Source of the DNA: Nanobdellota archaeon
GTDB taxonomy: Archaea; Nanobdellota; Nanobdellia; Parvarchaeales; Parvarchaeaceae
Direction of reading: 5' to 3'
Length of the DNA stretch: 64,000 nucleotides
NCBI GenBank assembly: GCA_021810345.1
Contig: JAJZIX010000001.1
Location: forward strand, 7,847 to 71,846
Shown in pieces: positions 20,863 to 30,373 of this stretch (its first letter is position 1; each line of letters starts with the position of its first letter). The notes under the pieces were generated by a model that saw nothing but the letters and a program-made list of their open reading frames with translations, was not told the DNA's origin and did not search any database. The translations under genes and the position numbers were made by a program.

Positions 20863-21267
20863 ATGAATATAAAACTAGACGAAGATACCCTAAGGCTGAT
20901 GAATGTTTTTTCGACTGCTACCGGTATTACCCCCAGGGATTGTCTCCTAGTGGATGATAAGATAGTCTTTGTTGTCAGCCAGGGACAGGCAGGAATTGCA
21001 ATAGGCAAGAGCGGAGTGAAAATCAAGGTACTGCAGGCTATGTTGAAGAAAGAGATAATGGTAATCGAGTATTCGGATGATCCTGTCAAGTTTGTTGAGA
21101 ACTTTGTCAGGCCAAACAGGCTTATATCCGGTTATATGACCGTTGACCCGGGCTCCGAAAAGGAAGTCCATGCATCAATAGACGGAAGGGTAAGCGGAAT
21201 GAAGGTAAAGCTGCTTAAAACGCTGATGCAAAGGTATTTTAATATAATGAACATTAACATAAAGTAA
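20863..21267 (+). CDS. nusA: transcription elongation factor NusA-like (archaeal, KH domains)
   Basis: KH-domain GxxG motifs (IAIGKSGVKIKVL). Conserved position between L30e and S12. Confidence 0.75.
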   Translation: MNIKLDEDTLRLMNVFSTATGITPRDCLLVDDKIVFVVSQGQAGIAIGKSGVKIKVLQAMLKKEIMVIEYSDDPVKFVENFVRPNRLISGYMTVDPGSEKEVHASIDGRVSGMKVKLLKTLMQRYFNIMNINIK

Positions 21268-21270
21268 AAT

Positions 21271-21708
21271 ATGGGTAATAAAACACGTGGTTTGTTCAAT
21301 GGAAGGATGCTTCTGAAGCGCAGGGAAAGAGTAAGGTTCAGCAAGAACAAGAGCAAGTCCTACTTCAGTGGCCACTGGAAGAAGTTCGATCCATTGGGCG
21401 GGGCGCCCCAAGCCAAGGGCATAGTCCTTGAAAAGGTAGAGATAACTCCGAAGAAGCCATCATCTGGTAAGAGGAAGTCATGCAAAGTACAGCTTACAAA
21501 GAATGGCAAAGTTATAACTGCTTATATCCCTTTCAGCAAGGGTATCTCATTCATAGACGAGCACAATGATGTGATGATAGAGAGGATAGGTGGTGCGCAG
21601 AAAGGAGCCAGGGGAGACCTTCCAGGTGTCAAATTCAAGATCACGATGGTGAATGGAATATCACTAAAGGAGTTAGTAAAGGGTAGAAAGCAGAAACCAA
21701 TGAGATAA
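21271..21708 (+). CDS. rps12: 30S ribosomal protein S12 (uS12)
   Basis: KKPSSGKRKSCKVQLTKNGKVITAYIPFSKGISFIDEHNDVMIERIGGAQKGARGDLPGVKFKI is the S12 signature. Confidence 0.9.
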   Translation: MGNKTRGLFNGRMLLKRRERVRFSKNKSKSYFSGHWKKFDPLGGAPQAKGIVLEKVEITPKKPSSGKRKSCKVQLTKNGKVITAYIPFSKGISFIDEHNDVMIERIGGAQKGARGDLPGVKFKITMVNGISLKELVKGRKQKPMR

Positions 21709-21710
21709 GC

Positions 21711-22355
21711 ATGGAACAAACCGAGGAAAAGCAGGGTGCGAAAAAGGCAAAGGAGCCAATTGCTCCAACTGTTTTGCTTTTTGACACTTATGATCTGTCG
21801 TCCGTGGAGGTAAAGGATCCTGGATTGAGAAGGGTGATCTCCCTAAAGCCGCTCGTTCTGCCGAAAACATCGGGCAGATTCTCGCAGCAGAGGCTGGCCA
21901 GAGCAAGGATAAACATAGTCGAGAGGTTAATAGACCATCTTATGGTCCCCGGCCATAAGGGCAAGAAGCACCTAAGGACGTCGAAGATGGCTTCGGGCAG
22001 GTTCTACACAACTTTTAGGATAGTCAGAGATGCGTTTTCTATGATACAGAAAGATGGGAAGAACCCAGTACAGGTGCTGGTGGACGCGATACAAAATTCA
22101 GCCCCGAAGGAGGAGGTGATGACTCTCCTTGTGGCGGGACAGAGGCTGGCAAAGCAGGTTGATACATCCCCGATGAGGAGATTAGACCTCAGCTTAAGGT
22201 GGATAGCACAGGGTACTTTCCAGCTGTCGTTTTCTGGCAAGAAAGCATCGAGGGCACTGTATGAAGTGCTTACAGGTGCAGCTTCGAACTCCGAAACCTC
22301 GTTCCCGGTGTCAAAGAGAATAGACACGGAAAGACAAGCTTCGTCAAGCCGCTGA
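21711..22355 (+). CDS. rps7: 30S ribosomal protein S7 (uS7)
   Basis: 214 aa. Conserved position after S12. S7-like basic helical protein. Confidence 0.85.
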   Translation: MEQTEEKQGAKKAKEPIAPTVLLFDTYDLSSVEVKDPGLRRVISLKPLVLPKTSGRFSQQRLARARINIVERLIDHLMVPGHKGKKHLRTSKMASGRFYTTFRIVRDAFSMIQKDGKNPVQVLVDAIQNSAPKEEVMTLLVAGQRLAKQVDTSPMRRLDLSLRWIAQGTFQLSFSGKKASRALYEVLTGAASNSETSFPVSKRIDTERQASSSR

Positions 22356-22868
22356 GCTTATAATTTTTTCTATACTTGGTATTTCGCTGCTGTAGTCTAC
22401 CTTGTTGTTTGGATGCTTCTTGCCTTTCATTGCATTTATAATCTCATCTACAGTTTTATCAGGATTATGCGTGTTGTCTATCTGTATTGTATTTTTGTGC
22501 AGGCTTTTTGATTCTACATAGCATCCGTCGATTGCCTCAAACATTGCGTTGTCATATATTTTCTGCTTCGAGTATCCCCTTTTTAGGAGCCTTTTATACA
22601 GAACGAGCGGCCTGCACCTCAAAACTACCCACAATGATACTTTTTTGGACCTTATGAAATGCCCAAGATGTGATACAATAACCATGTTGCCGCTGATGCT
22701 TCTAGCCACAATTCTGTTTATCTCAGGAATAGACACCTCCACTTCGCCTTTTTTGCCGGATTTTAGAATCTTGTTAAGGTCTAGCAGCTTGTAGCCAAGC
22801 CGCTCTGAGAGTTTTTTTCCTATAAGGTGCTTGCCTGTGCCAGGCGTGCCGCTTATTACGATTATCAT
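22344..22868 (-). CDS. Fap7/AK6-like putative adenylate kinase (P-loop NTPase)
   Basis: MIIVISGTPGTGKHLIGKKL Walker A at the extreme N-terminus. The length of 174 aa and overall pattern resemble archaeal Fap7 (adenylate kinase isoenzyme 6 homolog). Confidence 0.55.
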   Translation of the reverse strand: MIIVISGTPGTGKHLIGKKLSERLGYKLLDLNKILKSGKKGEVEVSIPEINRIVARSISGNMVIVSHLGHFIRSKKVSLWVVLRCRPLVLYKRLLKRGYSKQKIYDNAMFEAIDGCYVESKSLHKNTIQIDNTHNPDKTVDEIINAMKGKKHPNNKVDYSSEIPSIEKIISSAA

Positions 22869-22959
22869 ATATTCAAGAGTATCAATTCAAATTTAACCCT
22901 TGCCATTGCAATAAAGGTTACAGTAATGTATTTATCGGTAAAAGATAAGATAATAATGT

Positions 22960-24492
22960 ATGGAAGCCGAGAAGATAGCCCTTAGCCTAGATGAAGTGGA
23001 GAAAAAAGTGCTAGTGGCCGTTTCATCAGGTTCCCTAGACTCTTCTTACCTGCTAAAAAACCTTGGGCTGGACAGGGATTCGCTCATGAATGCATCCAGA
23101 AGGCTTTTGGGCAAAGGCCTGGTGAGGATACTAACCTCAATAAATGTTGAATTTGGCCTTACAGAAGCCGGGAAGAAATACGGTAAAGAAGGGCTCCCAG
23201 AGCAAGTTCTGCTCTCATACTTAAAGGCTAATAGGAAAGTGGAATACAAGTCGCTGGCGCAGAGCGTCACTTTAACTCAGGAGGAATTCAGCGCAGCTGT
23301 TGGAGCGCTTAGGAGAATAAATGCCATAGCAATAGACGGAAGCGCCGTAAAACTGCTCGATGAACAACCAAAGGATCTGCTGTTGAAGGAAGAGCTGATG
23401 AAGAAAGCAGAGAACGGTGCAGAACTCGATGAAAGCGAGCAGGTCAAGGAGCTGCTGAAAAGAAAGCTAATCGAGAAAATAGAGAGGGTATCCGAGACCG
23501 TAGAGATAACCGATCTAGGAAAGGAAGTGATGAAAACTAAGGATTTCTCGGTCAGGACAGTAGACAAACTAACACCAGAGGTTATATACAACTGGAAGGG
23601 TGTGGTCTTCAAGGAGTATAACCTGAATATGGACTTCCCATCCCCCCTTTCGGGCAGGAAGAACATAACAAAGCAGTTCGCTTCGATCATAAGAGAGGCT
23701 ATGGTCTCCATGGGATTCCAGGAGATGAAAAGCGGCTACGCTGAGTCAAGCTTCTGGAACTTTGACGTAATGATGTTCAAGCAGGATCATCCCGACAGGG
23801 ACATACAAGATACTGTTCATATGGGGGCTGGCGAGACGATCCCTCCTGCCGGTTTGCTGAAAAGCGTAAAGGAAGTTTATGAATCCGGTTTTAGATCCGG
23901 CAGCGATGATGTTTCTATCGGATTCAGGCGCGGTTTCGATGAGGAAAAAAGCAAAGCGCTCATAATGAGAGGCCACACGACAGCGACTACGTTTAGGTAC
24001 ATATATAATGTTATATCCAAGCACAAGGATCAGCCGGCGAAGTTCTTCTCCGTTGACAAGGCATTCAGGAATGAGACACTTGATTTCAAGCATCTTCCGG
24101 AGCTTTACCAGATAGAGGGTGTTGTGTATGATGACAACCTTTCATTGCCGGATCTGATAGGCTATATAACTGAGTTTTATTCAAAGATAGGCATCAAGCA
24201 GATAAGGCTTAAGCCTACCTACAATCCGTATACAGAGCCGAGCTTGGAGATACAAGCATTCAGCAAGCAGCTTAATCAATGGATGGAAGTGGGGAATTCA
24301 GGAATCTTCAGGCCTGAAACTCTGAGGCCGTTCGGCATAACAAAAAACATAATAGCCTGGGGCTTTGGGATGGAAAGGATGCTAATGTCGCTGCTTGGGC
24401 TGACCGATATAAGGCAAATTTACGGCGCTTTTGCCGACCTTGACCTGCTGAGGAACACCCCCTCTAGCAAAATACTTAGAGGATTAGACTGA
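22960..24492 (+). CDS. pheS: phenylalanyl-tRNA synthetase alpha subunit
   Basis: HPDRDIQDTVHM and FRNETLDFKHLPELYQIEGVV class II motifs. 510 aa, archaeal type. Confidence 0.85.
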   Translation: MEAEKIALSLDEVEKKVLVAVSSGSLDSSYLLKNLGLDRDSLMNASRRLLGKGLVRILTSINVEFGLTEAGKKYGKEGLPEQVLLSYLKANRKVEYKSLAQSVTLTQEEFSAAVGALRRINAIAIDGSAVKLLDEQPKDLLLKEELMKKAENGAELDESEQVKELLKRKLIEKIERVSETVEITDLGKEVMKTKDFSVRTVDKLTPEVIYNWKGVVFKEYNLNMDFPSPLSGRKNITKQFASIIREAMVSMGFQEMKSGYAESSFWNFDVMMFKQDHPDRDIQDTVHMGAGETIPPAGLLKSVKEVYESGFRSGSDDVSIGFRRGFDEEKSKALIMRGHTTATTFRYIYNVISKHKDQPAKFFSVDKAFRNETLDFKHLPELYQIEGVVYDDNLSLPDLIGYITEFYSKIGIKQIRLKPTYNPYTEPSLEIQAFSKQLNQWMEVGNSGIFRPETLRPFGITKNIIAWGFGMERMLMSLLGLTDIRQIYGAFADLDLLRNTPSSKILRGLD

Positions 24493-24493
24493 T

Positions 24494-26140
24494 ATGGTAA
24501 TAATCGATGCGTCGCTTTCAGGTCTGAACAGCCTGCTGCGCAGAAAGCTTGGCAAGGATGAGTATGAAAGGCTATGTTTTAGGTATGGCATAGACATGGA
24601 GGGAAGCGGCGACAATTACTCTTTTGAAACAACATCCGACAGGATTGAAATAATATCGGAGCATTCTCTTGCATATTTGTTCTCAAGACTCCTTGGTGGG
24701 CAGGTCCACAGGAATGAGGCCATCGCTTCTGTAAAAGCCGACATAAAAATAGAGGCGACACACAGGCCATTCGTGAATCTTCTGAGCGTCAAGCTGGATA
24801 AACCCGCCAAGGAAAGCATTAAAGAGCTGATGGCAATACAGGAAAAGTTCGATGTCACTGTCGGAAGGAATAGGCATTCAGCAGCAATAGGGATGTTCGA
24901 CATGTCAAAGCTGAAGTTTCCGCTCTCTTACAAGGAAATGGAAAGCAGCGCCGTTTCATTCGTGCCGCTTGGCTATAATAGTGTGCACAGTCTGGATGAC
25001 ATAATCAAGCAGACGGATAAAGGCAGGGAATATTCGGCCTTGATAGGCAAAAAACCTATAGTTTGGGCGCAGAAGGATGGTAGCATCTTTGCGCTTCCGC
25101 CAATAATAAATGCAGACTTTCCATCTGTTAGTGATGACACGACAAATCTATTGATAGACGTAACAGGGACAGACCGTGATGTTGTGAACTCCATGACAAC
25201 CGCTTTGATATTCAATATGCAGTTCTTCGGCAGTGTTTCCGTTCTGCAGCCAAAGTATGGAAATCAAAGCATAAACCCAGGTTTCAAGATAAAGCAGAAC
25301 AGGTTCAACTTTACGGAGGATAACGTCGTCAAAACACTGGGACTGAATCTTAGTGTTTCAGAAATATCGAAGATACTAAAGTCTTTCGACTATTCCGTCG
25401 AAAAAGACAAGAACGGCCTTGAAGTAACGGTGCCCTTCTACAGGCAGGATGTCATACACCAGGTGGATATAACTGATGATATATTGAGGTTTGTAGGCGT
25501 CGACAAGGTGGAAAAAAGCGCGATAAAGACGCCAACCGTCGGCAAGAGGCTGCCAAATTCACAGCTTGTTGACAACATAAGAGATACAATAGTCGGCTTC
25601 GGATACCAGGAAACCGATCTGAATATCCTGACAAATGAGTCCGTCCAGTTCAATAAGACGCTGATAGCTCCCGAGGATTACGCCCCATTAGTGGAGATAA
25701 AGAGCGGCGAAATAACTATGGCAAGGTCGAACATACTCCCGGAGATGCTCAGGTTAATATCAAACAACCTGCACAAGAAGTTCCCCCAGAATCTTTTCGA
25801 TATCGGAGACGTAGTAATCAAAGCAGATGGAGACGTGCCGTTTGCGAATGAATTGAGGCTCTGTGTTGTCTCCTGCGGAAGGGACTCAAATCTAACTGGA
25901 ATCTACTCAATTTTGAAGAAGGTCTTTGCGGATTCATTTGGCATATCCGATGTAAAGCTTGAAGGATACCCCGCTCAGGGCAAGTTCTCAAAGACTTTCA
26001 TAAAAGGAAGGGCTGCCGTTGTACTAGCGGATGGCAAAGAAGTAGGAGTAGTGGGTGAGCTGCACCCGCAGGTGCTTAACAACTTTGAGATAGAGCTGCC
26101 TGTGTCTGCGTGCGAGATAAATCTGTCAAAGCTGATATGA
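24494..26140 (+). CDS. pheT: phenylalanyl-tRNA synthetase beta subunit (archaeal)
   Basis: 548 aa. Immediately downstream of pheS. B3/B4 and B5-like regions. Confidence 0.8.
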   Translation: MVIIDASLSGLNSLLRRKLGKDEYERLCFRYGIDMEGSGDNYSFETTSDRIEIISEHSLAYLFSRLLGGQVHRNEAIASVKADIKIEATHRPFVNLLSVKLDKPAKESIKELMAIQEKFDVTVGRNRHSAAIGMFDMSKLKFPLSYKEMESSAVSFVPLGYNSVHSLDDIIKQTDKGREYSALIGKKPIVWAQKDGSIFALPPIINADFPSVSDDTTNLLIDVTGTDRDVVNSMTTALIFNMQFFGSVSVLQPKYGNQSINPGFKIKQNRFNFTEDNVVKTLGLNLSVSEISKILKSFDYSVEKDKNGLEVTVPFYRQDVIHQVDITDDILRFVGVDKVEKSAIKTPTVGKRLPNSQLVDNIRDTIVGFGYQETDLNILTNESVQFNKTLIAPEDYAPLVEIKSGEITMARSNILPEMLRLISNNLHKKFPQNLFDIGDVVIKADGDVPFANELRLCVVSCGRDSNLTGIYSILKKVFADSFGISDVKLEGYPAQGKFSKTFIKGRAAVVLADGKEVGVVGELHPQVLNNFEIELPVSACEINLSKLI

Positions 26141-26583
26141 ACTGCGAATTATGTGGATTCAGTGATGAGCATTTTTATAAGACAGATATAGATGGAGCTA
26201 TACTGATTGTCTGCAGCAACTGCGCAAAGAATGGCAGGATAATAGAGGAAGTCTCGGTAGACAAGCCTGCCAAAGTTGGAACAAAGAACCAGAAAACTGA
26301 GAACTTTGGCTATGATCTGGACCCAGACTACCACTTGATAATACGGGGCGCACTGCAGGAGCAGGGCATGACATCCGCAGATCTGGCCTCGAAGATAAAA
26401 GAATCACCTACGGATGTGGAGAAGATAGCATCGGGCAGGATACTCCCGACAGAGACAGTTGCAAAAAAGATGGAGAAAGCCCTCGGAGTGAAGCTTTTCC
26501 TAGAAGATTCGATTGATTTCACCGACACAAGAAATGACAAAGGACTGAAGTTTGAGGATGTCGTAAGCATAAAAAAGAAGTAA
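26137..26583 (+). CDS. archaeal multiprotein-bridging factor 1 (MBF1) with an N-terminal zinc ribbon and a C-terminal HTH
   Basis: Zinc ribbon CELCG...CSNCAK. Cro/C1-type HTH region (LIIRGALQEQGMTSADLASKI). Start chosen at MNCELCG. Confidence 0.65.
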   Translation: MNCELCGFSDEHFYKTDIDGAILIVCSNCAKNGRIIEEVSVDKPAKVGTKNQKTENFGYDLDPDYHLIIRGALQEQGMTSADLASKIKESPTDVEKIASGRILPTETVAKKMEKALGVKLFLEDSIDFTDTRNDKGLKFEDVVSIKKK

Positions 26584-26619
26584 AGTTAATATAGAGAATA
26601 GTGCTTTATCCTAAAATAA

Positions 26620-26702
26620 GCAGAGGTAGCGAAGCGGTCAAACGTGTAAGGCTAAGGACCTTATGGCTCAGGCCTTCGAGGGTTCAAATCCCTCCCTCTG
26701 CA
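26620..26702 (+). tRNA. class II tRNA (long variable arm), Leu-like, apparent anticodon AAG
   Basis: Hand-folded cloverleaf. Acceptor GCAGAGG/CCTCTGC. D-stem with a G-T pair. Anticodon stem TAAGG/CCTTA. Loop CTAAGGA. 14-nt variable arm. T-arm GAGGG-TTCAAAT-CCCTC. Differs at 4 positions from the copy at 51290. May be a degenerate duplicate. Confidence 0.65.
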
Positions 26703-26750
26703 TTTTTTGTCTGATGAAAACCATTTATCCATTCTCTCTATCCTTGTTGT

Positions 26751-26813
26751 ATGAGTCCCCCACGAAGGTCCCAATCAGCACTGGAGTACATGATGATGAC
26801 TATATCCATTTAA
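26751..26813 (+). pseudogene. 20-codon remnant of a pilin-family gene (MSPPRRSQSALEYMMMTISI*)
   Basis: Shares the conserved promoter/5' region and the first 16 codons with the pilin genes at 30660 and 51420. Truncated by a stop after codon 20. Confidence 0.55.
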
Positions 26814-27035
26814 AGCCTTCTGTCCTGCTAGCTGTTAGGAATATGGCCTACAATAATAGTATGTCTTCAGTGAGCTTCGGAAGCGTTTCTTAAAACTCTT
26901 TAATTTAATTTTCTAAACTTCTGCAACAACCATAAACGTGGGTTTTTTGCTAATCCCGTGGCAATTCAATCATAAAAAAGGTTAAATACTTGTAAAAGAT
27001 TATGCTATATATAATTAAAAGAGTCGAGGTGAATT

Positions 27036-27434
27036 ATGGTAGATTTGTCTTTGGATGGCTTTTTGAACATTTTCAAGAAAAATGTTAAGATAGAGGATTC
27101 GAACGAGTACGTGGAGCTTGAGGTTAACCCGAGCGACAAGCCAGCTGCGAAAATTTTCGTCAAGTATTATGCTATAGTCAAGTTTGAGGATGTTTCTCCC
27201 ATACTAAATGACATAAGATCAGGTTACACAATAGCTTTTATAAAAGCAAAGGAACTCCGTGAGAAGGGCGGCCTGGACGAGCTTAAAAGAACGATTTCAA
27301 AGATAAAGAAGAGCGCAGACGCCTCAGAGGCGCAGGTGATAGGAGTAGATGAGGATTACATACTGGTTGTTCCAAACTTCGTGAAAGTGGAGAAAGGCCA
27401 GATCCTTCAAGATCAGCCTACAACCCAGTCTTAA
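27036..27434 (+). CDS. possible SepF-like (DUF552) FtsZ-interacting protein
   Basis: Central region KIFVKYYAIVKFEDVSPILNDIRSGYTIAFIKAKEL...AQVIGVDEDYILVVPNFVKV resembles the SepF fold pattern. ftsZ lies in the same window. Weak call. Confidence 0.35.
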   Translation: MVDLSLDGFLNIFKKNVKIEDSNEYVELEVNPSDKPAAKIFVKYYAIVKFEDVSPILNDIRSGYTIAFIKAKELREKGGLDELKRTISKIKKSADASEAQVIGVDEDYILVVPNFVKVEKGQILQDQPTTQS

Positions 27435-27444
27435 AGTTAGAGAA

Positions 27445-27762
27445 TCACTTTGCTTCAGCCGCAAGGTAAGCTGCAGCTATTGCAGTTTCATCGGATTGCT
27501 TTGGTATACTAAGCATGCTGACCTTTGATTTTATGTCTGCTATGTTCCCGATGGATCCGATTTTGCATACATTGAATCCGAAGCTTAGGTCCTCATACAT
27601 GTCGGCTGCGCTTTTATCGACTCCTACGATTTCCGGCGCTGCCGTATCCAGTATCTCCTTTACCTCGCTCAATGTTTTGACCCTGTGTATCTGCACAGCG
27701 TTTTCTATCATCACAGCGACTATTATCCTGCCTTCACTGAAGGCTATTCCTGCGGTTTTCAT
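27445..27762 (-). CDS. RNase H-like fold protein resembling YqgF/RuvC-like resolvase
   Basis: KTAGIAFSEGRIIVAVMIEN...APEIVGVDKS...DETAIAAAYLAAEA parallels YqgF (LAFDFGTKSIGVAV...PDEIIVGLP...DSASAVIILESY). The first acidic residue is not conserved. Confidence 0.3.
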   Translation of the reverse strand: MKTAGIAFSEGRIIVAVMIENAVQIHRVKTLSEVKEILDTAAPEIVGVDKSAADMYEDLSFGFNVCKIGSIGNIADIKSKVSMLSIPKQSDETAIAAAYLAAEAK

Positions 27763-28312
27763 AAATAAGAATCAATATTAATTCTTCAAAAAAGAACCTC
27801 TTGTTCTCCAACTTTTTGAATCTAAGTCCTATACTCTTTAATGATTTATAAACCTTTTGTATATCATAGGCTGTGGATAAGATCAAAAAAGCCTTTCCAC
27901 CAGGTTTAAGGTGATTTTTCAGGCCCTCAATGAATCGAATAGTGATCTCGCTGCCCCCAGGTCCACCGTAGAGCGCCTTTTCAATCGGCTCTTTCGCCTT
28001 TCCCGGTAGATAGGGAGGGTTGCAGTAAATGACATCGAATTTGCCGTTTATTCTCTTGAACAGATCCGATCTAACCGCAGAATAATTTGTTATGTTGTTG
28101 AGCTTTGCATTCTTTTTTATAAGGGACACCGCTTTGGGGTTTACATCGGCTAGGATCACGTGGTCTGCTTTGGCTGCGGCGTTAAGGCCTATCACTCCGC
28201 TGCCAGCGCATATATCTAATACTTCACCGTGTGCAAATTTCACGGCTTTAAGCATCAGTTCAGAATCCTCCCGCGGCGCATAAACCTCCTCAGAATCAAT
28301 CAGTTTTATCAT
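27734..28312 (-). CDS. HemK/Mtq2-family protein N5-glutamine methyltransferase-like
   Basis: SAM motif LDICAGSGVIGL and catalytic NPPY (DVIYCNPPYLP). 192 aa. Confidence 0.6.
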   Translation of the reverse strand: MIKLIDSEEVYAPREDSELMLKAVKFAHGEVLDICAGSGVIGLNAAAKADHVILADVNPKAVSLIKKNAKLNNITNYSAVRSDLFKRINGKFDVIYCNPPYLPGKAKEPIEKALYGGPGGSEITIRFIEGLKNHLKPGGKAFLILSTAYDIQKVYKSLKSIGLRFKKLENKRFFFEELILILIYENRRNSLQ

Positions 28313-28399
28313 ATTTGGCTTTACAGAATACTCATTAAGAGCATAGATTTATATGCAACTGCAGATTTAAATATAAATCAACGCATAAAATAAAATAAT

Positions 28400-28861
28400 A
28401 TGGAAAAGCATCAGTTGTATGTTTTGGCTGGGCTTTCAGTTTTTATAATTATAATGTTTCTTTTGGCTCCTGCTTTATCCGGCAAGCCAGTGGCCAAATC
28501 GGTGGTGGTATTGCCCTCATTGGCATGCTCCTCGTACAATTTAGGGTTCAATTACACTGGCCCAACATCAATAACAGCCGTCAAGAATGAGACTACATTT
28601 GGAAAATTTTACATCTATAATGAGGGTAATGTAACGGAGAATATAAGCATAGACGCTTCTCCCAAGCCGGGAGAGCCAATCAAGATAGTTAATGCTAACC
28701 CGTTTGAGGCCCAAGTTGGCAATGCAGCTTATTACACGGAGTTTGTCGTCCAGAATCCGTTGGTAGCGGGTAATTATTCCGTAAATGTTAACCTGACCTC
28801 TTCTTATCTAAACTGCTCTAAATCCAAAGTGTTCACCGTGAATGTGTCTGTTCCGTCTTAA
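28400..28861 (+). CDS. secreted or membrane-anchored protein with N-glycosylation sequons
   Basis: N-terminal signal/anchor LYVLAGLSVFIIIMFLLAPALSG. Several N-x-S/T sites. Confidence 0.4.
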   Translation: MEKHQLYVLAGLSVFIIIMFLLAPALSGKPVAKSVVVLPSLACSSYNLGFNYTGPTSITAVKNETTFGKFYIYNEGNVTENISIDASPKPGEPIKIVNANPFEAQVGNAAYYTEFVVQNPLVAGNYSVNVNLTSSYLNCSKSKVFTVNVSVPS

Positions 28862-28863
28862 AA

Positions 28864-29205
28864 ATGGAAAACATCCCAATAAAGGATACTTCGCTTGATG
28901 AGCTGTCTACTGCCGATACAAAGGTCAGGTTTGTTGCAAAAGTCACCAAAAAAGACGATAAGATAGGCACTTTCGAAGTAGAGGACAGAGGGAAATCAAT
29001 AGTCTGCCTTCCTCCTCCGATAGGCGACTTCAGCGTTAAAGAAGGTGACCTGCTCGTGATAACCGGCAGGGTTGCCCCATCGGACGGCAGCGAGGTTGAG
29101 CTGAGAACTGAATACGTAAAAAAGATAGGAGCAGAAGATTATAAGAACTACGACAAGTATTTAAAGATAAGGAAAGAATTATTAAATGATGGAAGCGGAG
29201 TTTAA
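28864..29205 (+). CDS. OB-fold nucleic-acid-binding protein (RPA/SSB-like), upstream of PCNA
   Basis: VRFVAKVTKKDDKIGTFEVEDRGKSIVCLPP...GDLLVITGRV is an OB-fold anticodon-binding-like pattern. 113 aa. Confidence 0.35.
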   Translation: MENIPIKDTSLDELSTADTKVRFVAKVTKKDDKIGTFEVEDRGKSIVCLPPPIGDFSVKEGDLLVITGRVAPSDGSEVELRTEYVKKIGAEDYKNYDKYLKIRKELLNDGSGV

Positions 29206-29929
29206 GGACATAGATCTGTTTAAGAAGATAATGGATGCTGTCGGAGCGTTGATGTCAGACGTTTCCCTAGATTTTGATGAAAATGGATTCAGCATAAAAG
29301 CGATGGATCCCGCGAATATTGCAATGGTGCTTTTCGAGGGCAAAAAGAACATATTCTCATCATTTGTGGTGGACAAAAGCACAAAGCTTTCAGTTTCGCT
29401 CGATGACCTTAATAGTATACTCAGAATGATAAAAAAGGAAGATAAGATAAGGCTTTCAGATTCGAAAAACAAGCTGAGCATAGACATCAAGGGAAAGAAC
29501 AAGATGCATTTTTCGATACCGTTAATAGATGAAAACTACACCGCGCAAAAAGTACCACAGCTGAAATTCACCGCCGATTTCTCTGCTTTGGGCAGCATGG
29601 TAAAAGACGCAATAAAGGCTGCAAGCCTGGTCGATGATTCGGTCTACTTTACAGTCGATGGACAAAGGCTCATAATAGGCTCGAGGAATGAGGAGAAAGA
29701 GTTCTCCGAGGAAGTTTCTATGAACGAAAACAAGGAGCTTTTTGACATAAAATCTGAAGGAACGACAAGGGCTAAGTACTCGATAGAATACTTGATAAAG
29801 ATACTCGGGATCGTGGATCCAGACAAGCCTGTAAAGATGTCGTTTTCCAACAATTACCCAATGAAGCTGGACTACGAGATAAATCCGGATGCTAACATGT
29901 CGTTTATCCTGGCAAACAGGATAGAATGA
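29186..29929 (+). CDS. pcn: DNA polymerase sliding clamp PCNA
   Basis: Collinear similarity to archaeal PCNA: FSIKAMDPANIAMV (ISMRAMDPSRV), PLIDENYTAQKVPQLKFTA (PLIDVEEMEVDLPELPFTA), MSFILANRIE C-terminus. 247 aa. Confidence 0.85.
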   Translation: MMEAEFKDIDLFKKIMDAVGALMSDVSLDFDENGFSIKAMDPANIAMVLFEGKKNIFSSFVVDKSTKLSVSLDDLNSILRMIKKEDKIRLSDSKNKLSIDIKGKNKMHFSIPLIDENYTAQKVPQLKFTADFSALGSMVKDAIKAASLVDDSVYFTVDGQRLIIGSRNEEKEFSEEVSMNENKELFDIKSEGTTRAKYSIEYLIKILGIVDPDKPVKMSFSNNYPMKLDYEINPDANMSFILANRIE

Positions 29930-30373
29930 TCATCTGAAAGTCGGCAGCTCGCCCAAATACAGATGTATATTATTAAGTAACTCGTTTAGACTGTCAAAAT
30001 CAACTGCGAGTATCTTGCTTCCGCCTTCATGGTGATCCATCAGCGAATTGGTTCTGTGCTTGGTAACTAAAAGCGTTATCTTAAGTAGATTTGCGAATTT
30101 ATCGTCGAATCTAACAAAATTCTCGGCCCTGATCTGTTGTTTAAGCAGGAACTCCTCCTCCTTCTGGGGAGGTATATACACATGGTCCTTGCAGTCCACC
30201 AGAAAGGCTCTTTGCTTGTCATAAGCTATCAGATCTATCTGGAATCTGCGGGTGGTCTTGAACCTTACATCTCTTAGAGTTATATACCCAAAGCTTTCGA
30301 ATACATCACCAGTGGCTTTTTCAAAGCTTTCCCAATCAGTTTTCTCCTTTTTGAAATCTACATCGAAGTACAT
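29930..30373 (-). CDS. PD-(D/E)xK nuclease, Hjc/Mrr-like (candidate Holliday junction resolvase)
   Basis: FEKATGDVFESFGY...QIDLIAYDKQRAFLVDCKDH gives the E...D...(D/E)xK arrangement seen in Hjc (AERELIKLLEKHGF...VDLVA...IEVK). Convergent with PCNA. Confidence 0.4.
   Translation of the reverse strand: MYFDVDFKKEKTDWESFEKATGDVFESFGYITLRDVRFKTTRRFQIDLIAYDKQRAFLVDCKDHVYIPPQKEEEFLLKQQIRAENFVRFDDKFANLLKITLLVTKHRTNSLMDHHEGGSKILAVDFDSLNELLNNIHLYLGELPTFR

Noticed and set aside
23277-24093. Minus-strand ORFs of 144 and 115 aa inside pheS
   Set aside because: Antisense to the well-supported PheRS alpha gene.
26663-26893. 76-aa ORF overlapping the 3' end of the tRNA at 26620
   Set aside because: It starts inside the tRNA and is out of frame with the recognisable pilin remnant. 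Composition is noncoding-like.
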